Shown here: one piece after another, positions 1-13,255 of the stretch | How positions within the stretch are numbered: position 1 is the stretch's first letter | Layout: every line of letters begins with the position of its first letter | DNA from: Podarcis muralis | Lineage: Eukaryota | Assembly: GCF_964188315.1 (NCBI RefSeq) | Contig: NC_135656.1 | Location: 92,566,001-92,630,000 of the forward strand | Length of the DNA stretch: 64,000 nt | Reading direction: 5' to 3' | The notes under the pieces: model-generated | Database searches by the model: none | What the model saw: the letters and a program-made list of their open reading frames with translations, nothing else | Told to the model about the DNA's origin: nothing | Position numbers and translations under genes: made by a program

Positions 1-242
1 CACATTGGTTTCCTCTTCTTCTTTGCTTCTTCTTCATAACATCCTTTCTCAAGTGGGACATGTAACTATATGACATTGTTCTCACTTTTCTTATAGCTCC
101 TAAAACAGCCTTCAAATGTTGCACATGAAATCAACATTTCAGTAAGTAGTAAGTGTTCCCTCTAGATCCTGTTTCCCGGCTTCCAGTGGTACCATTCTGC
201 AATAATAACAGTTTGACACAATCGGTTAGGGACCGCAGTAAT

Positions 243-1044
243 AGAATCATTGAATTATAGAATTGGAAGGGACCCAAGGGTCTTCTAGTCCAACCCCCCT
301 TCAATGCAGGAATGTCAAGTGGATCATCCATGACAGATGGCCATCCAACCTCTGCTTAAAAATATCCAATGAAGGAGAGTTCATCACTTTCCAAGGCAGT
401 CTGCTTCACTGTTGAACAGCTCTTACCATCAAAAAGTTCTTTCTGATATTTATTCAGATTCTCCTTTATTGTAACTTGAAGCCATTAGTTTGGATTCTAC
501 CCTCCACCTTCCATGTGACAACCCTTTAGATATTTCAGGATAGCTATAGTTTCTTCACCCAGTCTCCACTTTTCAAGGCTAAACATACCCAATTCCCTCA
601 ACCATTCCTCAGATAGCTTGGTTTCCAAACACTTGATCAGGTTGGTTGATCTCCTCTGCACACATTCCAGCTTGCCAATATCTTTCTTAAATTGTGGCAT
701 CCAGAACTGGACACAGTATTCCTGGTGTGGTCTGACCAAGATAGAATAGAGTGGTACTATTAATTCCCTTGATAGGGACACTATAAGCTTCTTTTGCTGC
801 TGTATCACACTGTTGACTCACTGTGAAGCTCGTAGTCTACTAAGATGCCTAGATATTTTTCAGTAGATGTACTACTGGCAAGCCAGGTGTCTCCCATTTT
901 GTATTTGTGCAGCTGTTTCTTCCTGCCTAAGTTTAGAACCTTACATTTGTCCCTGCTGAAATTCATTTTGCTAGTTTGGGCACATTTTCCAATCTGTTAG
1001 GGTCATATTTCGTTGTCCCCGAGAGGGGGCAATGACAAGAAAGA

Positions 1045-1098
<54 letters not shown>

Positions 1099-1143
1099 AT
1101 CCAGATTCTGTCTTCAGCAGCATTAGCTACCCCTCCCAACTGT
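243..1143 (-). mobile_element. CR1 LINE 3' fragment (ORF2 C-terminus + 3'UTR), interrupted at about 1009-1097
   Basis: Minus ORF 497-808 has [23 protein letters not shown]...[11 protein letters not shown], the typical CR1 ORF2 C-terminus. The left end agaatcattgaattatagaattggaaggga is the reverse complement of the CR1 3' terminus. CR1-like sequence resumes after the (att)n tract. Confidence 0.9.
1009..1097 (+). mobile_element. Short LINE 3' end (Rex1/Babar-like) with (ATT)n tail inserted in the CR1
   Basis: ttcgttgt...gcaatgacaagaaagat followed by about 17 ATT units, with CR1 sequence on both sides. Confidence 0.45.
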
Positions 1144-1214
1144 ACTGTTAATTTTTATCAAAAGTTTTCAACATAAAATACAATAAACGTCAAACTAATC
1201 TAAAGACAAAGAAT

Positions 1215-1470
1215 AAGAAGAAGAAGAAGAAGAGTTTGGATTTGATATCCCGCCTTTCACTCCCCTTCAGGAGTCTCAAAGCGGCTAACATTCTCCTTTC
1301 CCTTCCTCCCCCACAACAAACACTCTGTGAGGTGAGTGGGGCTGAGAGACTTCAAAGAAGTGTGACTGGCCCAAGGTCACCCAGCAGCTGCATGTGGAGG
1401 AGTGGAGATGCGAACCCGGTTCCCCAGATTACGAGACTACCGCTCTTAACCACTACACCACACTGGCTCT
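1215..1470 (-). mobile_element. tRNA-derived SINE (Squam3/CORE-like) with (CTT)n tail
   Basis: Minus strand begins agagccagtgtggtgtagtggttaagag (A box), has the B-box-like ggttcgcatctcc and the core-like gtgaccttgggccagtcac, and ends in (ttc)n. Confidence 0.85.
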
Positions 1471-1504
<34 letters not shown>

Positions 1505-2741
1505 GGAAGAAATAAAAAATCAAGAAATGGAGAGACAGAAAAGATAAAGAACCCCCTCAGCTTAATTGGACAGTAGATCACCAATTCTGAGCACTGCTGG
1601 ATGGCAAGGGTGGGGAGGAACATTGATTTTGATCCATCTATTTTTGTTGCAATAATGAGCACCAATTCATTGCTCAGTTAAAGTTATGGAAACAAACACA
1701 AACAATTATATTTAACAATCCTCAGTTTAACGCGAAGGTCTTTTATATTCTGTTTGTTTATCTTCAGTGTTGCGAGAGGGACATCTGAAAAAACACATGT
1801 GTCCACCACATGTACAGACAACACAGTACACCACTGAGAGAAACTGAGAGTTTTGCATGGAGTCTGGAGGTGCGTCTGTTTAAAATGTGTGTATACCTTT
1901 AACTCATATGCCTAACAGAGAGCTTGCCCCACCAGGAAGTAGGGGGAAATTGTTTATTGCACAGAAAAGAAAGGCAGAGAGTAGACACATGCAGCTTTAG
2001 ACAGCAGGGTTACCAATATGCAGGGAACAAATGATCACCAAAAGCAGAGTATTTGCTCTGTTGAACCTGGAGATGGACCTGAACAGCAGCAAAGTGGGTT
2101 GGGTTGAGTTTTCCTCTCTATCCCACCCCCCTGAAAAGATAGCCTAAATGATTACCTTTGTCTACATTTAGCACTATGCTTGATATTGATGGATGCTGGG
2201 CATGCACATTCTTTGTAACCCAACACAGCATGTATCCCAGCAGCCAAACATTAAAGTTCCACAGTCCTTTTGCAAGATTTTATATTACAGCAAACAACAA
2301 GCAACATACACTGAGAACTTCCCAGCTTTTCTTATTTATTTTATGCTTAAAATCTTATCGGTGTTTTTTCCTTAGGTTTAATAAAATATCCTAAATGCAA
2401 AATGCATGTGGTATAGTAAAGAGAAAAACAAAACAAAAACCTTTAAGTTACTAGCTTCCGGAAATACTTTATTTTGTATTTGAAGAATAAATGCAGATAC
2501 CGTATTTTATTTTATTTTAAAAACCAGGAGCACACGCTTGAGGCATTTAATATAAAAATAAAATAAAGATACTAGTTGTGAATAATTTACCACCACTACT
2601 AGACTAAAAAAACTCAGTCTAGACATACATTGTCTCTATATATCCAGTTATTAGATTTTTAAACATGAAGTTTAAACATTTCCTACAGTAACAATTTAAG
2701 GTTGTAAGAAGCCTACTAGATCAGACTATAGGTCCATCTAG

Positions 2742-2795
2742 TCCATGGAGTCACGAAGAGTCAGACATGGCTAAACGACTAAACAACAACAACAC
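2742..2795 (+). mobile_element. Bov-B (RTE) extreme 3' stub
   Basis: gtccatggagtcacgaagagtcagacatggctaaacgactaaacaacaacaac matches the 3' ends of the longer Bov-B copies at 37061-37118 and 59353-59410. Confidence 0.75.
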
Positions 2796-4849
2796 AGTCC
2801 AGCAGATGCCCATGGGAAGTGGAAAATGCACACTCACCAAGTAAAACACTAAAAAAATTGCACCATTTGCCTGTCCTGGTGCTAATTCAGCAGGATAGAT
2901 GAATGGCAATGGATGTGGAGAGAGAGACTAAGGATGGAAGAGAGGAGTGGAATGTGTTGGAATAATGGAAGGAGGGGGGAAATGTAGGATTACATGGGGG
3001 TCAGCTCTCTTAGGCAAAAATTCGACAAACAACATTGGTTTAATTAGACTGAAAGTCTATACATACTTACCTTGTGAACTCAATAGGGCTTACTCATGAG
3101 TACACATGTATAGGATTGTGTCCTAACCGCATCTGCTCAGAAGCAATTCCTGTTAGGTTAAGTGTGGCTTACTGACAGATAAGTGAGGTTAGCACTGCTG
3201 CCTTAGTTTCATTTTTAATATACATAAAATAAGCAAGTGTCTTTATCCCGTGAGAAGACAAGGCAGGCAGCATAGATGTATGGATTATGCTTGCTCTGTC
3301 TACTGATCTGAAATAAATTGTTCCTAAAAAACTGAGAAAAGAAATATCTTTCTGCCACCTCACCTCAAGAGTATTCATTTTCCTCATGCTTACTATCACC
3401 ACAGAACACATCCGCATAATGAGAGCCATACAACAGTGGCATCACATTAGAAAGCACTCATAGCTATTTATTTATTATGTTTCTAATTATCCCAAAACTA
3501 GAGGTCTCAAAAATGACATCATAAAAGAACGTCCCATACAGGTACAGACTGAGGCAGAGCAGGCCCAAGCCACACACTGTGTACGGTATTATGCCCAGAA
3601 AATTATGTTGGCAACACTAATTTTGATTTAGCATTATGTCTAAAGTGGGCCTCTTTCTGCCTTCTTTTATTTTATTTTCTCTTTGTGGGTAGGAAGTTAT
3701 TTTGTCAGAGTTGTGATAAGAAACGTTTGTAGTACAGGCAGTTGTAGTTCACACATGTTCAGTATGTATGCGTCTGCGTATATGCACATTGCGCCAAACC
3801 CAGAAGTGACCTCGAAACTTCATAAAGACATAACTTAAACATCACTAAAAGGGCGGAACAGGGTGTTTGCAGGCTTATTCAATGGGTTCTAATTATATGT
3901 GGTTTTACTGACGTGCATGGTGCCTCAGAATGTGCATCTAGTTGGAGCCAAAAAGACGAAAGAAAGAAAGACAGAATGTTGTGACAAACGGTTGAAATAT
4001 TTATTAGCATTCCGTTGCTGACAATAGCCTTTTGTTCACATTGATAAACACACTTTTTCTGCACCTTTGTATTATTCTGAAACAAATTGCGTTCTGTTTC
4101 TTTGAAAGAATATATCACATTAACAATTTGTGACTTACAGGCTTCAACATGCGAAGGTGTGAAATTGTGCTCTGAGCAAAGACATGACAGAAACTTTTAT
4201 ATTTTCCAAGATATGCCTGGTACTTGAGCCAAGCTACTCTAAATAAACTCATTAGAGATGCATGCCTAAAATCCTACTTCCAGCTTTTGAAAAATGATGC
4301 GTGTTGCTCCAAGTCAATTTTGTTTTCCCCTAAAAATATCAAATAATTATAAGCCTTTTTTCCTGCACCCTTTAAATAAAAATAAAATGAAAACACTGCC
4401 AAAGTTCCTAGAACACAAACATGACCTACCTTTCTTTTTAATTTTTTTTATTCAGTTCTCTTTGTGAAGTCCATTTAGTGGTCACCAGGGTTATTTTTCA
4501 AAACAAATTCTCAGTGCTGCCAGGAAAAAAAAAATCAATGCCAGCAGTCCAGAATTCATGAGCAACCATGCAATAACAAACCTGTCCGCTCATATGATGG
4601 AGGAGGGAGAATTGCTGTAAAAAATAGATTTCAATCTAAAGCCTCTAAGGGGTTGTTAGAAATGCAGAAAAATACGCTTTGAAGAATTAAGGCAAAATAT
4701 TGCTCTTATTGCGAACTATGCATCTAAGGGTATTGGAGTATCAATTTCACCGTTTCAGTTTGCAAGCTACACAGAGCAAATCAAATTCTTAGAAGCCTTT
4801 GGCCTCACAAAAGAAGAAACAAAGACTAAGTGGGACAATATGCCTCCTG

Positions 4850-5285
4850 CTTCAATCAGCTGAGGTGCCCAGGGTGCTGATGAAACATTGCTGTCTCGCT
4901 CCATCCCATCTAAATCAGGAGACACCATTGAAGTTCTGAACAGGTGCCTGGAAGCAGCAATGGAGGAGATGAGGGCCCCGAAGCTGAAATTAAATCAAGG
5001 CAAGATGGAGGTATGTATGCAGGCTGGGTGTACAAATCTGGGACATGGTGAGACAGCCTGTTCTGGATGGGGTTGTACTCCCCTGGAAAGAGCAGGTTCA
5101 TAGCCTGAGAAAGCTCCTGGATCTAATTTTGTCACTTGAGGCACATATGGATTTGGTAACTAGGAGCACCTACACCCAGTTTCAGCTGGTGTGCCAGATA
5201 TGACTCTTAACAGTGATCCATGCCTTGGTAAGCTCCAGATTTTGAATCTACAAGTAGTGCACCCTGCAGCAGCCAGGCTATTGAT
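4850..5285 (+). mobile_element. Degraded L2 LINE RT fragment
   Basis: ORF 4888-5103 has LNRCLEAAMEEMRAPKLKLNQGKMEV, resembling the L2 RT motif CLxxIxxWMxxNxLKLNxxKTE. Confidence 0.7.
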
Positions 5286-5334
5286 CAGAACATAAATGAA
5301 TCCCAAAGGCTTGCATGCATACCCATTTGTTGCC

Positions 5335-5627
5335 ATATACCTTGGTTCTCAAACTTAATCTGTTCCGGAAGTCCGTTCCAAAACCAAACCATTCCAAAAG
5401 CAAGGCGTGCTTTCCCACAGAAAGTAATGTAAAATGGATTAATCCATTCCAGACTTTTAAGAACAACATGAATTTTATTATCTAATGAAAGCAATAATCA
5501 ATGTACTGTACTATAAAATAAATATGACAGTATTGTAGATGATAAAATTAAAAAATGATTTTTTATTTACCTGTACTGATGATAGTCATTGTTTGGATGG
5601 GGGGCTTTTATCCATTTCCACAGTCAC

Positions 5628-5658
<31 letters not shown>

Positions 5659-5945
5659 GTAGCTGAACTGGGTCCACACAATCACAAAAACAAATTAACT
5701 GAAAAAGCCTCAAAAACAAAAACGCAAAATAAATAGCAAAAACAAAAGTGCCAAACTTAATATGTTCTGGAAGTCCATTTTACTTCCGAAATGTTCAAAA
5801 ACCAAGGCGCAGCTTCTGATTGATGCAGGTGCCCCAGAAACTACAGCTGACAGCTGCATCGGACGTTCAGCTTCTGAAAAACGTTCAAAAATTGGAACAC
5901 TTACTTCCGGGTTTTCGGCGTTTGAGAACCAAGGTACCACCGTAC
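5335..5945. mobile_element. Degraded Tc1/mariner-type MITE
   Basis: Terminal inverted repeats: taccttggttctcaaac on the left and gtttgagaaccaaggtaccaccgta on the right. The interior contains a (TCAA)n tract at about 5628-5658. Confidence 0.6.
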
Positions 5946-6512
5946 TATAAGTTGCTTTTCGCAACAAGAGTTGACAAGTCTTCATAACACCAGGGTTGTG
6001 TTTGTGTGTACATGTACTCTTTCTCCATTTGCTGTAACACTGGTCTCGTGACCACTTATCCTCTTGATTTTTGCATTCATTCCCATCATTGTACAGTATG
6101 TCAAGTCTCCTACCACAATAAACTATTTAATTTGCTTCAGTTATGACACCTTTTATAGCATTCCTTTTTGCCCATTGGAGGGTGGTAGAGAACCAGTTTA
6201 ACACCAAGCGGTCAAGGTTGTGATCAGACCAAATTCTATAGCTAGTTTCAGAATTATACTTTATCACCAGCTGTTCTAGAACATAGCACTCTTTTGTAGG
6301 AATGTCAACAGTTTCCCCCAGACAAATCATTTGATGATAAAGGATGATTAAGGATTGGTAGACCCTGTTTCGCTTGCTACTGGATCATTTTCAAGGGCCC
6401 CCAGGTGAATTAAAGTAGAGTAGTGAAACAGGAAGAACTTCCAGTGATAAATGTCATGTTCTTGGAACACGAGTGGCACACCATACCACAGCAAAGCATC
6501 TCGTAGTTGACT

Positions 6513-6553
6513 TTATGTAAGTGCTGACTGGATGATAGTGAAGATTAATAATC
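6513..6553 (-). CDS. Candidate coding part of a terminal exon (phase 1: GLLIFTIIQSALT-stop) of an unidentified gene
   Basis: Strong minus acceptor cctcttcatatgtatttctttcag|G at 6554-6556. The phase-1 frame reads (G)GA TTA TTA ATC TTC ACT ATC ATC CAG TCA GCA CTT ACA TAA. Not confirmed by homology. Confidence 0.3.
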
Positions 6554-9278
6554 CTGAAAGAAATACATATGAAGAGGTTTAAAGAACATGATGTCAGATG
6601 ATGATTGCTAGATACACTGATAGCTTTGAAAAGAAAGAACTTGAACTCAGATTATCATTTCTAATGTACACAAGTGATGCTAAGAGACATCTGGCTAGAT
6701 GATAAATAAATGAAGAAGAATGATTTCAGGCAGCAATTGCCAAGCAGAAATGGAGAGAACAAAACTATGTCAGGCAACTGCTATTCAGTGAACAACAGCT
6801 AAAATAAGATGAAGGGTGTCGGAAGAAAATTGCTGGGGAAATAAGAGTCCAAATAAAATAAATCATATTCACTGGAACATCAGTGAGACTACCTAGGTGA
6901 GTGAAGCTGAAGAAGATCAAACAATAAATCAGAAACATATATACATATGTCTGAATATGGAGAGATATGGGGGGAATTAACCTGATACAAATGCAATAGA
7001 TTTATTTTGCAGAACACCATATACAGGTGTAAATAAAGATGAACCTCTCAGTCACCTGTCAAGGTGTGTCATTTTTTTACACTTACTTACTGCTTCTGTT
7101 GTCATTAAACTGCATAAGTGCTTTTGTGATAATTTAAGAAAACAGGGGACATACCAGAATCACAGTGCACTGATTTGAATAATTAGAATGACTAAGCATT
7201 GCCTGGGTGTTTAGCTCAAGATCCTGTTCTGCGTTTCACCTACTGCTTGAGGCGTGGCAGGTGAGCTCAAGACTCAGACTTTCTGGTCGTGGCATTCAGC
7301 TCTAGAACACTGTAGTCAAAACGGTTGTAATTAGCAACTGCTACCGGTAATTTCTAAAGGAAATTGCAGGTGCAGACTTCCAACCCATACTGGGCCCTGG
7401 AATGGAGGATCACGTAAAGTATAATTGTTTAATTGTTTAATTGACACTGGAATGGCGAATGCCTGGGTGTGTATTGCTAATTTTGGGGCATGGCAGCATA
7501 CAAAGAGCTTTCTGAACTCTAACTGAGTTATTGATTAACTGAGAATGTTCTCTGCTCTAACACCGAGTGTTTAACCTTAGACCACATGATTAAAGTATTT
7601 GATTGCAAATTGCCATTTTGAAGGGAGTTGCCTATTAGTCTTTCTCTGGGCACCACAGAGACAGCAAAGGGTGTGATAATGGCTCTCCAGGAGCTGCATA
7701 GCCTTAGGCAGGTGCAAGCTAATGCAGGCTGGAATGGGAAAGAGACACAGTTTTGATTTCTGGAAGAAGTAAAGTTATTTCTTAGAATATGCCGAGCCTG
7801 TGCTGGACATGCAGAAGGTATTGTGTGAAACTATTTTGGATGTACTACTATTGTTTCTGTTCTGTTCTGAAGAAAGTTCTGAACGTGAAGTTTTGTATCA
7901 AACATGGATCTGGACAATATTCTATTCCAAAAGGAGTTGGTTTTTATGCACCCAGTTGCTTCAGGTTGCACAATATTAATATCTGTAATATCCATGTCAG
8001 GACATGGGACTCTTTGTCTCAGGCTGCAATCTTGATCTGTATCGGACACTATGCACCTTGGTTTGCATTTGGGGTTGGAGTGGAAGTTCCCATTTGTTCA
8101 ATGGGAGCTTTTGTTCTGATACCAATAGCAGGGGTGGGGCATGATTCAGATTAGGATTGCAGCAGAACAAAGAATTAATGTCAGGGACCTGATATGGATT
8201 GTGGATGCCCAGCTGCACTTTACTTTAGAAAAGCATCAACACAATTGCTAAGTGCACGAATAGTGTGTTGTGTAGTCTGACCCTCGGCTGGCAGGATCTG
8301 GTAGGCAGGAATCAATCAATCCTCTTTCTCCCTTTTCCTGGTATTTCTCCAGTGTCTGAACAGCTCTGATGAGAGAGCAAGAGGATCATAACTGAACGTC
8401 TGGCCTCAGAAATACACCACTGGCCTTTCAGTGTCTCTGCTAGCCTGTATTTCTCTACATTACAATGCACAAACTAGCTAACTGGTGCTTTAAGCAGAGA
8501 GTATATTTAGTCCCCTGTGTCTTGATTCTTAAAATGAATCATGAAAAGGATGCATTTTCATGTCCGCACCACAGGGAGTCGGAAGCAAAGATTTCAGTAT
8601 ACCATAACTGAAAGGTAGCAACCCAGTCAAGGTTTGCTTTTGGATTCCCAGTGCTCTGCAATTTATCTCCTGAAGACCTTCCTCTCCACATCACCATGAC
8701 TGAAATCTTAAAATAAAATAAAAATGAACTTTTGAACTTTAGTTTCATAAAATATAAAAGAGCCGAAGCCACTCTCAACTCCATGACGGGAAGGGAAGAT
8801 TTTTGTTTTGTAACATGACTTAAGCAAAGATGACATTGGCTGTGCTTGGTGTCTGAAGAGCAAGTAGCACTGGCCTTTATTTTAGACTTGGGCTCTTTCT
8901 TTCTTAGTGTGCAGTCTTTTGGTTTTCTGTCTTCCACCTCCTGCTTGTTATGAAGAAACTCCATCAGTATATTTATCTACGTGGATGGCAGAAGTAGGGA
9001 ACCATTAGCACTACAGATAGACCCTCCAAGTGTTCCCATTTTCCAAGGACAGTCACGGATTTACAGAAGTCATCCTGGTTTTTTATTTGATCCTGGAATG
9101 TCCCGCTTTTCAGTAGGATGTCCCTATTTTCAATGAGGAAATATTGGAGGGTATGGAGTTATGTGACCCCCTAAACCAAGGAGACAGGTAACTATGCAAC
9201 CTTTAGAAGAAATTTGAAGGCAAACCTGCATAGCAAAGTTTAAAAAAAATGTTTAATGTTTTATTATGTTTTTATATA

Positions 9279-9509
9279 CAGTGGTATCTCAGGTTAAGTA
9301 CTTAATTCGTTCCGGAGGTCCGTTCTTAACCTGAAACTGTTCTTAACCTGAAGCACCACTTTAGCTAATGGAGCCTCCCGCTGCCGGAGCACAATTTCTG
9401 TTCTCATCCTGAAGCAAAGTTCTTAACCCAAGGTACTATTTCTGGGTTAGTGGAGTCTGTAACCTGAAGCATATGTAACCTGAAACGTATGTAACCCGAG
9501 GTACCACTG
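9279..9509. mobile_element. Tc1/mariner (Tigger-like) MITE
   Basis: TA|cagtggtatctcaggtta...taacccgaggtaccactg|TA: terminal inverted repeats and TA target duplication. Same family as 10910-11135 and 57315-57555. Confidence 0.9.
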
Positions 9510-10026
9510 TATGTTGGAAGCCGGCCAGAGTGACTGGGGTAACCCAGTCAGTTGAGCGGGGTATAAATAATAAAATTATTATTGTTATTATTGAATTTGG
9601 TGTCCCTATTTTCATCGGAGAAATGTTGGAGAGTATGCAGATGTTTTTCAACTACAGCTCCCATCAGCAAGCATGGTAAATGGCCAGTGATAATGAGAGT
9701 TGTAGTTCAGCAGTATCTAAAGACCCAAAAGTTCCCTTGCATACAAGTATATGCAAACATAAAATCTTTTTCTTTCTTTGCTTAGCAGCAGTGGAGACTT
9801 GTACATGATGACAAATGAGGCACTGCCCCACCAACTGCAGTCTGCTCTCAGACAGCCCAGGTGTCTGCCCACCTTAAAATAATACAAGACGGGCCTGTCT
9901 CAAATCTGGTAGGCTTAATCCCTTGGGGTGGGGGGACTCCCTTGACTGCAAATTTAATGTAGTTATGTGAAGGGGGGGAGCTATAAATCTCTTCTTATAA
10001 AAAGTGGGGGAAACAGAGGTTTAGAC

Positions 10027-10162
10027 CAGGTTTCCTCAACCTCAGCCCTCCAGATGTTTTTGGCCTAGAGCTCCCATGATCCCTAGCTAGCAGGACCAGT
10101 GGTCAGGGATGCTGGGAATTGTAGTCTCAAAACATCTGGAGGGCCGAGGTTGAGGAAGCCTG
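10027..10162. mobile_element. hAT MITE, near-perfect palindrome
   Basis: TIRs caggtttcctcaacc / ggttgaggaagcctg and 8-bp TSD gtttagac (10019-10026, 10163-10170). Confidence 0.9.
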
Positions 10163-10909
10163 GTTTAGACTTAACCGTTGAAACTTGGATCTAAATAATG
10201 AATCAAACCAGGAAAACAGAGAATAGATCCAAAAGATATTGAACTGATTCCAAACGCTACAGATACAAGCTGATGCTTATAGTTGCTGCACAGCCCTTAT
10301 AAATGTATCTGCAGTCGTTAATGGACTCAGAAATGGGTAGGCTTTCATCTGGAGTTCCCCTTTAACTACAAAGCTAGGCAATTAGAATGTGACTAATGTT
10401 TTAGTTCCTATGAATGGACCTTCTCATCTGAAACGTAAGGTTAGCATTGCTTATTCAGTTTTACCCTTCAACTCAGTGTGAAAGTTTTGGATTTGTTATA
10501 TGTATGTGAAAGTAGAGACTAAGCCAAATAAAATAATATATTGCTTTTCATCTGCTATGTGTACACACTGATGTGAGAAATATGGTAGATCTACTGCAAA
10601 CTGATCTGAATTGTTGCTTTCAGAAAGGCAGGGTAAAATATTTTAAGAAATTCATAAATAATAAGTCCTGACCTTCAATCTAACATGTAGAGTAGCAGTT
10701 AAGCAAATGTTTTGCATATGCATTAGTTCATAAACTACATGATTATTATGCTTAACATGATCATAACCTATGATTAAGTTTAAGTACGTGTTTAAGTATA
10801 AAGTGTCAAACCTTGAGTACGGTAGTTTGAATAAGCATTCAGCCAAACTTACTCCGTTCTGATGGATGACAGTTCCATAGATCCATAGTTACCTGATACC
10901 AGAAGAGTA

Positions 10910-11135
10910 CAGTGGTACCTCTGGTTAATAACTTAGTTCATTCTGGAAGTCTGTTCTTAACCTGAAACTGTTCTTAACCTGAGGTACCACTTTAGCTAAT
11001 GGGGCCTCCCGCTGCCACCGCGCCGCTGCTGCGCAATTTCTGTTCTCATCCTGAAGCAAAGTTCCTAACCCGAGGAACTATTTCTGGGTTAGCAGAGTCT
11101 ATAACCTGAAGCGTCTGTAACCCGATGCACCACTG
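10910..11135. mobile_element. Tc1/mariner (Tigger-like) MITE
   Basis: TA|cagtggtacctctggtta...cccgatgcaccactg|TA. The interior is homologous to 9279-9509. Confidence 0.9.
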
Positions 11136-11137
11136 TA

Positions 11138-11406
11138 CAGTGGTGCCCCGCAAGACGAATGCCTCCCAAGACGAAAAACTCGCTAGACAAAAGGGTTTTC
11201 CGTTTTTTGAGTCGTTCCGCAAGACGAATTTCCCTATGGGCTTGCTTTGCAAGACAAAATGTCTTGCGAGTTTGTTTCCTTTTTCTTAAAGCCGCTAAGC
11301 CGTTAATAGCCGCTAAGCCGCTAATAGCCGTGCTTCGCAAGACGAAAAAACCGCAAGACGAAGAGACTCACAGAACGGATTAATTTCGTCTTGCGAGGCA
11401 CCACTG
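11138..11406. mobile_element. Second Tc1/mariner MITE family abutting the previous one
   Basis: TA|cagtggtgccccgcaagacgaa...ttcgtcttgcgaggcaccactg|TA, with many internal gcaagacgaa repeats. Shares the TA at 11136-11137 with its neighbour. Confidence 0.9.
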
Positions 11407-12585
11407 TAGTCTATGAGTCTGTGGCAGCCGAAATATTTTGTTTGTTTGTTTGTTTGTTTCTTAAATTTCTCAGTCACTTTATCTTGCCCAGGGATACCCA
11501 AAGTGACTTACAACCGAAAAACAAGCAAACAATTAACCCCACATAGATACATTAACACCAGGAGGAAAGAGAAATACATTAAAAACATCTCACCAACTTA
11601 TAAAAGACCACAGATGCTTAAAGGCTAAATGCCTGGTTATAGAGGGCAGTTTTTGCCTGGCACCTAAAGATATATAATGATGGAGCCAGGGAAACCTGCC
11701 TGAGAGAACATTCCCCAAACAGGGAGCCACCACAGAGAAGACTTGTTCTTGTGTTGCCACCATCAGGACCTCTCATAGAGGGGACAAACGAAGGGCATCA
11801 GATGATGATTGCAGTGTCCAGATCAACTCTTATGGGGAAAGGCAGTTCTTGAGGTATTGTGACCCTGAGCCATTTAAGGCTTTATAGGTCAAAACCAGCA
11901 CTTTGAATTAGGCCTAGAAAGTACCGTAATTTTCGCTCCAAAACACGCACTTTTTTGCTCCTAGAAAGTAAGGGAAAATGCCTGTGCGTGTTAAGGAGCG
12001 AATGCACTCGACTGGATCCATGGCTGCCGTCAGTCAAGCAAAGCAAGCTTTGCTTGCTTTACAGCCAGGAGGAGGGGGAGGAGCCGAGGAGGGAGGGAGG
12101 GAAGGAGAGCCATGGCAGCAAAGCGGGCAGCAGCCGCTTACACGCGAGGAGGGACAGACGGGAGCCATAGGGAGCCGGAAAAGCGCCGCGTAGCCAGCAA
12201 CAGCTGCTGCAGCCTCAGCTAGCAACGCTCTCTAAACGGAGCAATGAGGCTGCAGAGGGACGGCAGGGCACAGGAGGGCTCTGAGCCACGAGCGCAGTGA
12301 AAACCAGTAAAAAAGTTTTTAAAAAGGCTGCTGGGGACAGGAGGGCACGGGATGAGGGAGAGAGGGAAATTACGATTCTCCCAGCGTCTCAGCTGATCCG
12401 CTGAGCAGGACTTGGGTTGCAGGGGATTCGCCATTAGCTGCGTAAAGCAGCAAAGAGGGAGAGAAGGAGCAAAGTGGGAGAGGAAAGGAGCTGCTTACAC
12501 TGCTGTAAGTGGCTGCTGTCTGGTTGGCTCCTTTAAAGCAACAGTGCTCTTTCCCTCCCCCCTCCCCTCTCAGCTCGCCGAAAAG

Positions 12586-13225
12586 CTCCTTTTCCACACA
12601 CCCCACTCGAGCTCCTTCTCCCCTTAAATCCCTCTCCTGCATCATTAGCCACATCCTTTTCCACACACCCCACGCGTGTTCCTTCTCCCCTTAAATCCCT
12701 CTCCTGCATCATTAGCCACATCCTTCTCTAACACCCCACGCGTGTTCCTTCTCCCCTTAAATCCCTCTCCTGCATCATTAGCCACATCCTTCTCCACCCA
12801 CCCCACGCGTGTTCCTTCTCCCCTTAAATCCCTCTCCTGCATCATTAGCCACATCCTTCTCTACACACCCCACGCGTGTTCCTTCTCCCCTTTAACCGCT
12901 CGCCTGCATCATTAGCCACATCCTTCTCTACACACCCCACGCGTGTTCCTTCTCCCCTTAAATCCCTCTCCTGCATCATTAGCCACATCCTTTTCCACAC
13001 ACCCCACGCGTGTTCCTTCTCCCCTTAAATCCCTCTCCTGCATCATTAGCCACATCCTTCTCTACACACCCCACGCGTGTTCCTTCTCCCCTTAAATCCC
13101 TCTCCTGCATCATTAGCCACATCCTTCTCTACACACCCCACGCGTGTTCCTTCTCCCCTTTAACCGCTTGCCTGCATCATTAGCCACATCCTTCTCTACA
13201 CACCCCACGCATGCTCCTTGTCCCT
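12586..13225. repeat. 67-bp minisatellite, about 9.5 units, inside the Tc2-like element
   Basis: Unit starts at 12604, 12671, 12737, 12804, 12871, 12938, 13005, 13072, 13139 and 13206 (spacing 66-67). Confidence 0.95.
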
Positions 13226-13255
13226 TGAATGCTTTTCCTTCCCTCCCTACTTAAA

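Noticed and set aside
7789-8218. Overlapping ORFs of 72-121 aa
   Set aside because: No recognisable domain and no coherent splice-bounded frame.
12370-12915. Repetitive ORFs on both strands
   Set aside because: Translations of the 67-bp minisatellite.
12586-13225. CRISPR-like array
   Set aside because: Eukaryotic DNA, and the units are contiguous with no unique spacers.
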